Source: a virus
IMG/VR virus record: IMGVR_UViG_3300045988_062714
Location: 36,078-100,077 of that record
Direction: 5' to 3' (one strand)
DNA: 64,000 nucleotides
Below are positions 43,234 through 54,656 of this stretch, piece after piece (the stretch's first letter is position 1; each line of letters opens with the position of its first letter). The notes under the pieces are model-generated. The model was not told the origin of the DNA. It saw only the letters and a list, made by a program, of their open reading frames with translations, and searched no databases. The translations under genes and the position numbers were made by a program.

Positions 43234-43742
43234 CCTAAAGTTGCTAATTCTAATTCATATGCAAATCTAATTTCGTCAATATCTAAACTATAAATGCGGA
43301 ATAAAGGATCTCCATTCTGGTTATGTGGCCTATCTATTAGCAATGCTGGAAGTCCAGAGTTTATTGCCATAGTCACATTACTAATACTGTCGTCGATTAA
43401 TACATCGCATTTGCCTTTTATCAAGTCAGCCTTGTTTCCGTGCTGATAATACATTTGATAAATAGGTCTTATGGGTAAATTGTATTTAGCTAGACAATTT
43501 CGAGTATAAGTTTTACTGTTAATTCTTTTAGTCGCATAAATATGCGGCTCGAAATTCGGCTTTTCTAGCAAGGGTAAATTTTCCCAAAACTCCTTGTTGT
43601 AGCAAAGACTTACTACGTTTCGTGTAATTACGTGCTCGACTAAATCTGATTCTCTAGGGAATAGTGTTTTATATGCTCCCCAGAAATCGAAGATTGTGTC
43701 ATCCAAGTCTAACGCTATCCTTAATGGATTACATAAATTCAT
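43224..43742 (-). CDS. HAD-superfamily phosphatase (5'-deoxynucleotidase-like).
   Basis: N-terminal IALDLDDTIFDF (DxDxT). Confidence 0.5.
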   Translation of the reverse strand: MNLCNPLRIALDLDDTIFDFWGAYKTLFPRESDLVEHVITRNVVSLCYNKEFWENLPLLEKPNFEPHIYATKRINSKTYTRNCLAKYNLPIRPIYQMYYQHGNKADLIKGKCDVLIDDSISNVTMAINSGLPALLIDRPHNQNGDPLFRIYSLDIDEIRFAYELELATLGWN

Positions 43743-44191
43743 TTATCTCAGATACTTCTCCTAAATATATCCCATGTTTATCGGCAAGTTCTTCGCAGAA
43801 ATCATCATAATCCAGAAGATCATCTAAATCGTCGTACTTATTTATATACATACTCTTTATTTTTTCTTCACAATCCTCGTAGCTTCTAGCTACCACTTTA
43901 CCAATTCTACAGACTTCATCTGTATGCCATGGAAATAAATATGTGTTCATAACTCGATTACTTCAATAACATTTAATCGCTTCTTAATTAAAAGTTCAAG
44001 GTCTTCTCTATCCACGTAGACAAAGTGACTCTTTTTCAAATCAGATAATGTAGAGTCAAATTCTAGAGAAAATGCTTCCTCAGTTCTCCAATTCTTCTTA
44101 GCTGTCCTCAAATAGAGGGCATACTCGTCATCAAAGTCATTAACTACACAGTTCTTAATCGTAGGAATTGGACCTTTAACTATTAACTTTT

Positions 44192-44737
44192 TCATTTCTT
44201 AAGCAATTCATAAAAATATTCTATAGGTATTACAGCTACTTGACCCACGCTAGGTGCCCCGTTCTTTCCTGCCTTCTTCCAACATATACAGAACGGTTTA
44301 GATTTATCACTACAAGCGTCCCTAATGTCAAAATAGTTTGGCATATTTTGGGTAAACTTGGCTTGGATATTAACTGGAAGTTCATTGTTCATATCAACAA
44401 TATCTATTTTGTCAGCATCAGCCAGTTTGTTCTGGCTTCTACTAGATACACATCCTTCATATCCAACATCTCTCAATTTATGAATTATTTCTAACTCATA
44501 TTGAGAACCTTTTTGTTTACTTTTCTTCGCTTGCTTACTTCTTCTAACTGCAGGATCTGCCCATTCAAAGGTAATTCCATCTTTCGATTTAGCTCCAGAG
44601 CCAGGTTTATTAGCCCTAGCTTTAATAGAGTTTATCTCTAAGCCAGTTACTTCTGAGGCTTCTTCTATAGTTTCGAAGGTTTTCTTTTCTCCATTTTTAA
44701 ATGTAGCTGTAACACTTGTATTAGTCTACTTTTTCAT
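44192..44737 (-). CDS. Hypothetical protein whose frame opens ATG AAA AAG TAG, with TAG as codon 4.
   Basis: The track ORF 44192-44476 starts at TTG. The same frame is stop-free for a further 88 codons upstream, with no ATG, GTG or TTG, until ATG at 44737, which is followed by TAG at 44726-44728. Confidence 0.4.
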
Positions 44738-44941
44738 TCCGTTTATTCTATTTATTTTTTCATTAACTTTACATCTCTAGGGTTTCTCTAGTCAATAACG
44801 AGTTGCTCATTTATAAAGTCCAATAAGTCTTGTGTATTTACACACGCTCCGGCTGGAAGCTCACACCTATATACTGTCTGTCTAGGAAATTTGGATATTA
44901 GTGCTTCTTCGTCTCCAGAAATAAAGTTTTCTCCAGTATCA

Positions 44942-45961
44942 TTAATTACTACGTAAAATACCATTTCTTTTAAATTTGTCAATAGTTAACTTAATCAACT
45001 CCTGAGTAGCTTTTCTTCCATAGTCCCTATAGTAATCACTTATATCCTTAGCTCCTGTGTTTCTGGGAATCATTGATACGATTAATTCTGGATGTTGTTT
45101 CCTAATCTTATTAGTAAAACGAACTCCAGTTAGGTCATTATCATATAGCAACACAATGTATTTGAATCTCTGCTTTAATTCTTCTAAAACTTTGTCAGAA
45201 ACAAACTGAGTCTCAGAGTTGGGAGCTATAGCTGGTATTCCTAAAGAATATAAACACATTACATCTTTCATAGACTTAGTTATTACTACCAGTTTTCCAG
45301 TCTTAGCTAATTGTTTATAGCCTTGAATAGTCTTAGTAGAAACATTACCTATGAATCTAAACTCCTTTCGTTTTGGCATATAAATACGCCATTGCTCGAT
45401 GTTCTCTTTCTTCCCAAAATAATATCCATAGATAGGACTATGTTGGGCAGACTGTGCATATATATTTCCATTTAAGAATACAGTACTACAACTGTATACC
45501 TTAAACCTATGTAGAATATCTTTAGTAATACCAAAGCTTCCCCACCACTTCAACTCAGGTTCTGAGAACTCCTTAGCTTCTATTTGGATGAAGGTTTGTT
45601 TTTCTTCCTCAAATTTCGGCTGGATTTTTACTGCAATCTTCTTTACAGGAGAATCCTTAGTATATCCAAAGTCCTTAGCTATAATCTTTAAAGCAGTGTG
45701 ATAGTTACAATTATACTTTTCCATAACTACCCCTTCGAATGTCAAACATTTTCCGGAAGCAAAGTCCTTAAAATATAAGTTTCCAGATTTTCCTCTAAAA
45801 AAGCTGCAGGTGACATGACTGTCACTACGCAAAGGAGACTTGAACAGTCCTTTCTTAACTGGAATACCCAGATAATAAGTCATGTAAGTCTCCTCATTGT
45901 TCTTAGATAGAAGAAATTCCTTAGTAATTTTGGGTTCAAAAGTATAATCAAACATAGTCAC
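44942..45961 (-). CDS. DNA primase (TOPRIM domain).
   Basis: C-terminal TOPRIM-like VVITKSMKDVM...LLYDNDLTG (DxD). Confidence 0.5.
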   Translation of the reverse strand: MTMFDYTFEPKITKEFLLSKNNEETYMTYYLGIPVKKGLFKSPLRSDSHVTCSFFRGKSGNLYFKDFASGKCLTFEGVVMEKYNCNYHTALKIIAKDFGYTKDSPVKKIAVKIQPKFEEEKQTFIQIEAKEFSEPELKWWGSFGITKDILHRFKVYSCSTVFLNGNIYAQSAQHSPIYGYYFGKKENIEQWRIYMPKRKEFRFIGNVSTKTIQGYKQLAKTGKLVVITKSMKDVMCLYSLGIPAIAPNSETQFVSDKVLEELKQRFKYIVLLYDNDLTGVRFTNKIRKQHPELIVSMIPRNTGAKDISDYYRDYGRKATQELIKLTIDKFKRNGILRSN

Positions 45962-45995
45962 TAAGGAATTTATGAATTACTCTACTAACAAATCA

Positions 45996-46691
45996 TTATA
46001 GCAAGTTGTCAAGATCGAAGTCATTTCCTGGTGCAGCATCTACACCGGCAACATCTGCAATCGGGTCTTCTGACTTCATTTCGGTAGGCTTAGCTTTCAG
46101 ATACTTCTGACGTTCTCCCTCCTCATAGTCAGAGAAGAACAGCTTGTCACCAATATAGTTATCAGAGATGAACGACTCACCTTGTTTGTTAATACCTACG
46201 ATACGAGGTATATCAGCAACTACTTTACCATCACGGTTTCTACCAATCAACTTCAACTTAGTCTCTGTACCTTTAACTTTTTCAGTTATAGTAATCAGAG
46301 CCTTAGCTACATCATCGAAGCTCTTAAATTTAGAGCTAGCTGCTTGCATCTTTTCAAATCCTGCAGGATTGAGAACCTGTGCAGTCTGCTTAACTACAGC
46401 CATCAAAGTCTCGAAGTTGGAAGGCATGATAACCTTTCCACCATTCTTACTATCAAACTCACGTCTCTCATCATCGCCAGCTTTAGGGAAGAATTGGGTT
46501 ACAGAGAAGTAACCCTCTTCGTTCTCAAAGTTGATTGCTAGAACTTTATAATGAGCCGTTGGATCCTTTTTACCATCAAATTCTTTGATTTCACATCCCA
46601 TGAATTTTACATCATGGATGTTCCAAGGAGTTAAAGGACGACGTGTGTTTCTTACTGCTGAGTCTGCTGATATACCAAAATTAAATGCCAT
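45996..46691 (-). CDS. Putative ssDNA-binding protein.
   Basis: 231 aa with an acidic C-terminal tail ...GNDFDLDNLL. Sits in the replication cluster. Confidence 0.35.
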   Translation of the reverse strand: MAFNFGISADSAVRNTRRPLTPWNIHDVKFMGCEIKEFDGKKDPTAHYKVLAINFENEEGYFSVTQFFPKAGDDERREFDSKNGGKVIMPSNFETLMAVVKQTAQVLNPAGFEKMQAASSKFKSFDDVAKALITITEKVKGTETKLKLIGRNRDGKVVADIPRIVGINKQGESFISDNYIGDKLFFSDYEEGERQKYLKAKPTEMKSEDPIADVAGVDAAPGNDFDLDNLL

Positions 46692-47268
46692 AATTAATTC
46701 AAATTAAAATCAAATTTTTCTAAGTCTTTGTCATCTTCGTCTATGTTTATATTATCTAATGATTCTATATCGAGTTCATTCTCAATATCAATTATCTCAT
46801 CAGGTACAGAGTTTTCTTCCTGTATCTTATCTCCTACTAGATAATAAATTCCTTTATCCTCTGTAGGCTCTAGTTTAAAGGTAGTACCATAAGCTGAGAG
46901 CTTTTCATTAGCTGCACCTCTATAACTTACAGTATTACTCTTCGTTAACTTGTTTCCACTTTTAGTTCCGAAAGCGGCATCGGTTCCAATAATAGGAACT
47001 GCCTTCTTATCCTTTTTCTTATACTTGATGTCTACACGACAATCTGCACAGACTTGTAACAAGTCTACTGCCCCTTGGGTCAAAATCAACTTGTTAGAAT
47101 CAAGCGTAATAATAGGTTCAGGATTTTCATCTACCTTAGCAGATGAAGATTTACTACTTGCAGCTTTCTTAGTAGCTACGGTGTCAACATGGATTTCTTC
47201 TTTACCAATATAGGTGATTTCACCCGTTTGCTCATTCACATCATAGTGAAACAGTATGTCTAATTTCA

Positions 47269-47964
47269 TTATTCCCCTTCGTTATAAGCGTCAATAACTT
47301 TAATAATCTCATCCAAATCATTATCAATTTCTAAGTCTTCAAACATTCCCAAAGAAGTCTTTGCTACACAGCTACCATCATTGTTAGTGATAAGCTTATA
47401 CTCCATTCTACCGGAGTCTCCTTCGTTTACTTTAGTAAAGAAGATATATGTAAACAAACCTTCCAAGGTTACTTTTTCAGACAGCAACTTACCAACAGTC
47501 TTGATAACATACTTAGGATTAACGTTGTCTCCAACATTTTCTGAGTGAGTCAAGAAGATCATTTTGCAATCCTCTCTCATCTTTTCTGAATATCTCAGAA
47601 TTTCCATAGCGTGTTGAGCTAATTCACTAAACTTAGTATAACCAACTTCAGTTGCTCTATCAACGAACTCATAAGAGAGAACATATTGGAAGTCATCAAT
47701 GATTACCTGCTTGATGTGTGGCATCATCTTATCAATAATTTGAAGAATTTTCAGTATTTGGTCCCACTTTGAACTTACATAGTAGTTACCACTCACGTTC
47801 TTTCCTTCGATTTTGATGGGAATATACTTCTTCTTCCATGCACGGAAGGGAAGGGGTTTACCCGTAGTACTTATAATAAAAGTAGTTTCGGGATTAAGAT
47901 TTCTTAAACTTGTACTTTTTCCAGTACCTGATTCACCTACGATAGCAATTGTTTCAGCAGCCAT
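47269..47964 (-). CDS. RecA-fold P-loop ATPase (AAA_24/Sak4-like).
   Basis: Walker A IAIVGESGTGKSTSL and Walker B IIDDFQYV. About 230 aa. Confidence 0.4.
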   Translation of the reverse strand: MAAETIAIVGESGTGKSTSLRNLNPETTFIISTTGKPLPFRAWKKKYIPIKIEGKNVSGNYYVSSKWDQILKILQIIDKMMPHIKQVIIDDFQYVLSYEFVDRATEVGYTKFSELAQHAMEILRYSEKMREDCKMIFLTHSENVGDNVNPKYVIKTVGKLLSEKVTLEGLFTYIFFTKVNEGDSGRMEYKLITNNDGSCVAKTSLGMFEDLEIDNDLDEIIKVIDAYNEGE

Positions 47965-49058
47965 TATTCTAATGCAAAATTAAAATTCGAATTTGAATTA
48001 TCTAATTCTGTAATATCATCTAGCTCCTGTTCTACAATAGAACTATTATCTTCTAATATATAGTTTGGACTTGTATATCTCTCATAATCATAAATTTCAT
48101 CGGGCTTCGGCAGCTCGTAGAACATATTAATCCATCCAAAGAAGTTTACTCCAACCTCAACATCGCAATCCCCATATCGGTTCTTAAGTACCATAATACT
48201 CCTATAATAAGAGCCTAGATACTCAATATTGTAATGTTTATAAGTCTTCAATCCATCTCTGTGAGGATTATACAATGCAATCATGATATTACAATCTTGC
48301 ACAGTATTACCTGAATCCTTAGCATCGTGAATAGTAAATGCACTTTTGCCTTGTTTAAACCTCTCAATATTTCCTTGCTCTCTATTAGCTTGCTGTATTA
48401 CTACAGGACTAATAAAACACTTATCTCTAAGAAAAAGAAGATAGCTAGACAACAAATCAATATCAGGCTTTGTACCAACAAGACCAATATGGTCTACAAC
48501 TACATTATAAATAAGATTAGGATTATTTGGAGTATAGACGAGGCGGGTTTCACTTTCAGAAAAGGTTCCCATTTCCTCCAACCTAGTTTTCAAGATGGCA
48601 TATACCTTCTTCGGAGTTACCTTCTTGTCATAGATTTCTAACTTCTTACTAATCTTATCTATCCAAGGCATACATTGCTTAACTAAGTCATAATGCTCAT
48701 CAGATAAAATATATTCTTTTTCTCTTGACAATATCTTCTTAAAAGATAGTTGGATTCCATAGGTCTCAAATATATATATGGATAACAGCTTAATATACAA
48801 AGCTACTTCTCCCATTTCAAGACTGAAATACAATACCTTAAAATCATCATCATCAAGATGTTCCATTAGTGGTCGATATACATAAGCATATAAGGCAAAC
48901 GAAGTCTTACCTGCACCAGAGTTTGATAGAATTAAAGTATAGGTTTCCCTAGTAACTCCATCAATAATACTCTCTAGCTTAGGAAGTTTCATAGAAATAC
49001 CATGATTTAGTCCCTGTCTACCTCTATCAATTTCATTGAGAAGTTTATCAGAAATCAT
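47964..49058 (-). CDS. DnaB-like replicative helicase (RecA-like C-terminal domain).
   Basis: LILSNSGAGKTSFAL resembles the DnaB Walker A segment. Confidence 0.55.
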   Translation of the reverse strand: MISDKLLNEIDRGRQGLNHGISMKLPKLESIIDGVTRETYTLILSNSGAGKTSFALYAYVYRPLMEHLDDDDFKVLYFSLEMGEVALYIKLLSIYIFETYGIQLSFKKILSREKEYILSDEHYDLVKQCMPWIDKISKKLEIYDKKVTPKKVYAILKTRLEEMGTFSESETRLVYTPNNPNLIYNVVVDHIGLVGTKPDIDLLSSYLLFLRDKCFISPVVIQQANREQGNIERFKQGKSAFTIHDAKDSGNTVQDCNIMIALYNPHRDGLKTYKHYNIEYLGSYYRSIMVLKNRYGDCDVEVGVNFFGWINMFYELPKPDEIYDYERYTSPNYILEDNSSIVEQELDDITELDNSNSNFNFALE

Positions 49059-49660
49059 AGTAATCTCATAGAATCATAATTAACTCCGCCTTCATTCTTT
49101 AATGCCTCTAGTTCTTCCCACTTATGGTCTATTACAAAATTAGCTATTGTGGTACACAATATATTGTGTTCATTAGCCCACTTAACTAACTCTATAATAT
49201 GGTTATGAGTTTCTGGCTTCCATCTGATAGTTTTACCATAAAACCTATAGAAGTCTTCAATTGTATCAAATTTCTTAGATACGCTTTTCAGACCCACTTG
49301 TGTATTATTAACTATTCCAAATAATGGATAAGTATCCCACAATTCCTTACCTAAGTCGAATGAACACTTATAAAAGTCTTTCACAACTAACTTATTTAGA
49401 GGAACATCTAGTGGGTTAAATACAGACCCTTTCTCAGGAATCTTATAGGATTTATGAATAACTCCAGCATCGCGAAGTCCAGTTAATAGTTCTATTGTAA
49501 AACCACGAGCGCATACTCTAGAAGAGAAATACTCGTGGACAATTTCGGGTTCATCACCCTCTTGGGCGATAAGAAGAATTTCTAACAACAACAGCTCACT
49601 TGGGTTTATGCTATATTTTTCACAAAACAAAAGTTGCTGTTTCAGTTCAAGATTTTTCAC
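49055..49660 (-). CDS. Hypothetical protein (possible helicase-associated).
   Basis: 201-aa ORF. Confidence 0.35.
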   Translation of the reverse strand: MKNLELKQQLLFCEKYSINPSELLLLEILLIAQEGDEPEIVHEYFSSRVCARGFTIELLTGLRDAGVIHKSYKIPEKGSVFNPLDVPLNKLVVKDFYKCSFDLGKELWDTYPLFGIVNNTQVGLKSVSKKFDTIEDFYRFYGKTIRWKPETHNHIIELVKWANEHNILCTTIANFVIDHKWEELEALKNEGGVNYDSMRLL

Positions 49661-49917
49661 GTGTACAAATTAATAGATTTTCTACTAATCTATACACCAA
49701 GTCTAGTTTACTTGTTAAAGCGTTAAAACTTGGTTACGTGATAAACTTTAGTCCTCAACTTTTTCGCTGGCAGTTTCAAGAAGTACTGCATAGTCCTTCT
49801 TTAATTCCTTCAATTCAGCAGTAAGCTTACTAACTTTAGTTTCCAATGCTTTGCACTTCTTAGTCAAAGCAGACTTCATCTCATTAAACTCTTTTTTAGT
49901 GTAATAAGTTTCCATAA

Positions 49918-51195
49918 TTAAAAACGATAGGTAAAATTCTGCAATTTTTTCTTGTAAGGTTCCCAAGGCTCTCCATTAAGTAACTTTCGTAAGTTATCTA
50001 CATCAATAGTAACATACTCGCTCTTTTGATGAGACTTCTTAAACCATTCTTGTTCAACGGTATCTTCTAGCACTAATGTGAATATTTCAGAGTATTTAGA
50101 ACCTTCTTTTCTAATGACCCTACCAGCGGCTTGAGTGCTTTTTGTGCTACTAGAGTCAACTCCAAGCATTATCCCGACCGATAGACCGGGACAATCAAAA
50201 CCTTCAATAGCCAATTTACAGCTATTAATTACGCCCTTGTCTAGTAGGGCGAACTCCTCAAGTGTAATTCTGTTTTGTTTTTTACTTTCTTTGCCAGTGT
50301 AAACATATCCTACTCCTATCTTCTCTGCCATTGCAGTGTTGGCAGAGAATGTAATAATTTTCTTGTCTGCTCTGTGAGCAATAATCTCCCTAGCCACTTC
50401 TAATTTAGCCGGATGATTATGGATAAACTTTTTTCTAGCTTGTAAAGCTCTCATAAAAGCCGTAGAATGAAAGGTAATCTGCTTCAAAGCATTAGACAGC
50501 TCAGCTTTATCCGAACTACTACAAATCTGATTTCTGTAATTAAGCCTATTTCTGAGGCCGTCTTTACCAACCATACTCATTGCGAGTCCAAAATCAAAGT
50601 TAAAGAATTCAAAATGTCTTATAAATTCCCTATTTTGCTCTCGATAGCTTTCGATGTCTTCTGCTGTGATAATTACTTGATATTCAGTAAAATCAGATAC
50701 CCAACCATTGGCTTTGGCTACTTCAATAGTTACACTATCAACTACAGGGCAATATTTCTCGACTATAGTATGTCTACCGTCAAGTCTTTCCAGAGTAGCA
50801 GTTAGTCCAAGAATTAACTTGTATTTAACCTTACTAAATACAAATTGTAAAGTCTCAGCAGCAGTTCTATGGATTTCATCAATGATTAAAAAGTCACATT
50901 CGTATCCATTCTTTGCTGTAGTATTTACAACTTGCACCTCTGTATTTAACCCTAGACCTTCCTTATCTAATATATCTATCCACTGATTCTTTAAAAGTTC
51001 CGTGGGGACTACTACCAATGCTCTAATAGTAGGATATTTAGATAGAACAGCCTTTAAACAATTAATAGCACATCGTGTTTTACCAAAGCCTGTACAGGCT
51101 TCTATGGTGCCTCTTCCTTTATGTAATAACCAGGCTCTCTTACATTGCTCCTGTCGCTCATCACGAGTAACAGGAGTAAAGAGGTCTTTCATCAA
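49918..51195 (-). CDS. Superfamily II DEAD/DEAH-box helicase.
   Basis: Walker A TGFGKT, DEIH box and a helicase C-terminal region. Confidence 0.6.
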   Translation of the reverse strand: MMKDLFTPVTRDERQEQCKRAWLLHKGRGTIEACTGFGKTRCAINCLKAVLSKYPTIRALVVVPTELLKNQWIDILDKEGLGLNTEVQVVNTTAKNGYECDFLIIDEIHRTAAETLQFVFSKVKYKLILGLTATLERLDGRHTIVEKYCPVVDSVTIEVAKANGWVSDFTEYQVIITAEDIESYREQNREFIRHFEFFNFDFGLAMSMVGKDGLRNRLNYRNQICSSSDKAELSNALKQITFHSTAFMRALQARKKFIHNHPAKLEVAREIIAHRADKKIITFSANTAMAEKIGVGYVYTGKESKKQNRITLEEFALLDKGVINSCKLAIEGFDCPGLSVGIMLGVDSSSTKSTQAAGRVIRKEGSKYSEIFTLVLEDTVEQEWFKKSHQKSEYVTIDVDNLRKLLNGEPWEPYKKKLQNFTYRF

Positions 51196-52055
51196 TCTAT
51201 ATTCCTAGTGATGTCCCATCCTTTAAGTTCTGCAACTTTCTTGATTTCTTCCATCTTATCCTTCCATTGTTTAGCCTGGTTCTCGCATTGATTTTGGAAG
51301 CGATAAAGAACTTTGTTTGATAGCAGTCTGAGCTGATCACTAGTTAAGTTAGCATATTTATCTCGTTTCAATCTACACATAGATCTAAACTCAGCATAAC
51401 TTAATCCAGTATCACAGATTTTCAGAGCTATAGAAGGATTCAAACGAAGTTCCTTACTTACTACTAACAGTCTGTTAACAGCTTTACCTGTCACTGGGTC
51501 TTTACGATACAAGTCTTTCTGCATTTCTTGCTGTGTAAACCACAGTCCCATTTTTACAATGAAGTTAAGCGTCAAGTGAGAGTTGTCAAACAATCCCAAG
51601 GAATCTAAACAAGCATCCATAACTAAACTTACTGGTACTTCTCTAAACTCTACAGGGATTCCATTAAGAATCTCTCCAATTGGATAGACCTTAATAGCCT
51701 CATTAGTTAACACTTCCTTATTGTTTTTGATAACAGCTTTCAAGTCTTCCAAACAACGTGTGTTTGTGTATTGCTTTTCAGCTCTAAGCCATCTAATAAG
51801 AAGCTCTGCACGACATCTTTGTATTTGGTCGGACACAATTCCGAGTAATGTTACACGACCCGGATTCTTGGTATCAGAGTTGTACAACATTTGTTCACAA
51901 TGATTGTAGAATCGTCTTAGCTGGTCATAACCTGCGTCTACCAATTTAATTTCCTCCTGGACCCCATTTACCTTAGGTCCTTTCCATACATAGCTATTAA
52001 CGTCGTTTGCTTTATCGCTCAAAGCCTCTCTCAGCTTATATCCTAATACAGTCAT
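51192..52055 (-). CDS. Hypothetical protein.
   Basis: 287-aa ORF. Confidence 0.4.
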   Translation of the reverse strand: MTVLGYKLREALSDKANDVNSYVWKGPKVNGVQEEIKLVDAGYDQLRRFYNHCEQMLYNSDTKNPGRVTLLGIVSDQIQRCRAELLIRWLRAEKQYTNTRCLEDLKAVIKNNKEVLTNEAIKVYPIGEILNGIPVEFREVPVSLVMDACLDSLGLFDNSHLTLNFIVKMGLWFTQQEMQKDLYRKDPVTGKAVNRLLVVSKELRLNPSIALKICDTGLSYAEFRSMCRLKRDKYANLTSDQLRLLSNKVLYRFQNQCENQAKQWKDKMEEIKKVAELKGWDITRNID

Positions 52056-52578
52056 AAATTATTCTTTAAAAATACTTCATAGTTTATCTCCTTTTTAATG
52101 TTAATCTAATAATATTTGTCCATCTTCAATGATAGGCTTTTCATGAATAAATTTCAAGAAAATTATATTACTATCCTTGTATGGAACAAAATCTTTACCA
52201 TCGTACCATTTATCGATGCCTTCTTCTACGTATCTTAGTGAAACATAGCCGACATCTCCTAATTTCATAGAACACTGGTTCCAATTCGGGAATCGAACAC
52301 ACATTATATCCTTGTAATCTAGATTATCATATTCTAGCCTTTCAAAGACATAATTAGCGTATCCCATCCCGTCCTCACATTCAGCAACAAATTTGACATG
52401 GTAAGTTACTTCTTTGGTTTCCACACTTCAAATGTATTAATATCCTCGAACTTCCTACAACCATAAGAAGCGAAGTCTCCTTGCAGCTTATCCATGTTAG
52501 GCAAGCAAGGGTAATTCTTACACCTAGTGCAGCTACGTTCAGGATGTTTGTAGTGAAAACCATCTTTGTCCTTAAACA

Positions 52579-52953
52579 TTACTTCAGTAATAGGCATAAT
52601 AATATTAATACACATGAACCAGCAGTGCCATATTTAATGACATTCTGCTTCTTTTTTAAAGACTTATTAAGACCTTCAATAGATCTATTTTTATCTTCAA
52701 TTATGTTTCCATAATACAGTAACTGAACTCTACGAAGAGAATCCGTTTTTTCCCAACTCTTATTTATTAGTTCTAGATTAGTTATTCGCTTATTCAATAA
52801 CGGAACAGTTTCAGACAACTTCTGATGCTCAGCAAATATCAGATTAGTTGTTTTTAGTTGCTCGCTGGTTATTGTAACGGTCGATGTATTCTGAGAAAAA
52901 GCACAAATTGATGCTATCAGAACTAGACATAATAGTAGATACTTTCTCATCAT
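52579..52953 (-). CDS. Secreted or membrane-anchored protein.
   Basis: Signal peptide MMRKYLLLCLVLIASICAFSQ. Confidence 0.4.
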   Translation of the reverse strand: MMRKYLLLCLVLIASICAFSQNTSTVTITSEQLKTTNLIFAEHQKLSETVPLLNKRITNLELINKSWEKTDSLRRVQLLYYGNIIEDKNRSIEGLNKSLKKKQNVIKYGTAGSCVLILLCLLLK

Positions 52954-53135
52954 ACTCTTTGTCTATATACTTAATTTTCTCCACGATGGAATCGTTAACT
53001 ATATAGATGCTATCTCTAATTATAGAATCCCTTACTATTTCCTGCACATTAGGTGGAGAAACTGTGGTTTCCTTCTTAGGTATTAGCAAATAAATAATTA
53101 ACAATCCCATCAAGGCTATTAAGATATAGCAAAAC

Positions 53136-53720
53136 TTAGTCCTGTTCATTCAGATCAACGCCTATTGCCTTGGCTTTAGTTACCAGTTCAGCGCATTTAA
53201 CTACATCTATACCTTCTTTAGCTAGATTCAAAGCTTGCTTCTCTTTATCAGAGAGATTTTTGATTTCATTTTTGAGGGCTTCTTTTCTTTCAAACCGAGC
53301 TTTCATTTGGTTATATCCCTTAATGATACGCTCTGGATTTTCTTTCAAGAAAGTAAGCTCCTGTTCCAAGAATGCTTTTACCAGCACTTTACTTGCTACA
53401 CCTCCAGATGTAGTATAAATAGCTGGACACTTTGGATCATGAAGAGCCTTATCGTAAGCCTTCTTCTGTCCCTTAGCCAAATCGAAGGTATCACTAGGAT
53501 TACATACTGCAATACCAACGGTTACTACTCTACAGATTCTAGCATAGTCCGGATCATTTGTGCATATGTATTCATCGGGAGTCACCCAACCTACTGCTAA
53601 GACACAATCATCCTCACTTACTTCAGCAGCCTGACTTAAAGCACAAGCTACAATTTTACGTTCTTCACCCTTAAAGTCTACAAATGAGTCTACCATGTAC
53701 TCAATCACATCCTGTTTCAT
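53136..53720 (-). CDS. Hypothetical protein.
   Basis: 194-aa ORF. Confidence 0.4.
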   Translation of the reverse strand: MKQDVIEYMVDSFVDFKGEERKIVACALSQAAEVSEDDCVLAVGWVTPDEYICTNDPDYARICRVVTVGIAVCNPSDTFDLAKGQKKAYDKALHDPKCPAIYTTSGGVASKVLVKAFLEQELTFLKENPERIIKGYNQMKARFERKEALKNEIKNLSDKEKQALNLAKEGIDVVKCAELVTKAKAIGVDLNEQD

Positions 53721-54656
53721 TTTCTACAATTTTAAAACCGTTATTAATTAAATATTCTTCGGGAGCAAATTGTAATTCAAAGAATCTATGCAGAGAGTAT
53801 TTCTTCCTCTTACAACATAGTTGACTCTTTTTCAATACAATAGGTTTATTAGAAGAGTAGTATTTTTCTTCCATTAGAGCAGCTCCCCAGCTCCATATTT
53901 GATATACTGAACTACAGTAGATAAACTTATCATGCGTATGCACAATCTGTTTATCCTTCTCGTAAGTCCTCCGTGAGGTCGTCATAAAACACCTTTATAG
54001 TCTTAAAAATGAATTGATTCTTTTGAGTATTATAACAGTCATTCCAGCTACATTTCTGATAGTGAGATAGTAGTTCGGAAGCTTTTACGCCAGTATACAC
54101 ATTTCTGCAAAAGCTATCGTCATCATCACAATCTGCTGCGTTTATGGTGTACTTTCCAATAGAAATCGCATAATGATAATGACTTCTCGCTACTTCGCTA
54201 AACTTTTCTTCTAGTTCATAATCCTCGTAAATAATGACTTTGAACTTGAATTTATCTCTACTTAGTAGCCTAGCTAGACAGTATGCTATATAGCAACACC
54301 CTCCACAATTAACGTCATATTCCTCATCTAAGAATCTACAAAGCTTATTCAGCCTCTCCGCTAGAATCTCCTGAATCTCCTGAGACTTCGAGTTTAATTT
54401 CCTCCTTTGCCTTTTTAAACTCATCTAAGTACCTACCTAAAGTTATAACTTCATCTTTTCCGAACTTTTTTCTTACTGCATAATGGCGACATCGCTCTAT
54501 AGCAGCTTCTAGGGGATAGCCGTAGCCCTCCACTTTAAATTCTTTTCTCGGATTTTTCCCACCAATATCATACAACAATTCCAAGTCAAACCTCGGAGAA
54601 GATTCACTAATGGGAGTAAGTCTGTAAAAAGGACCTTCAATTACCATTTTATTTTG

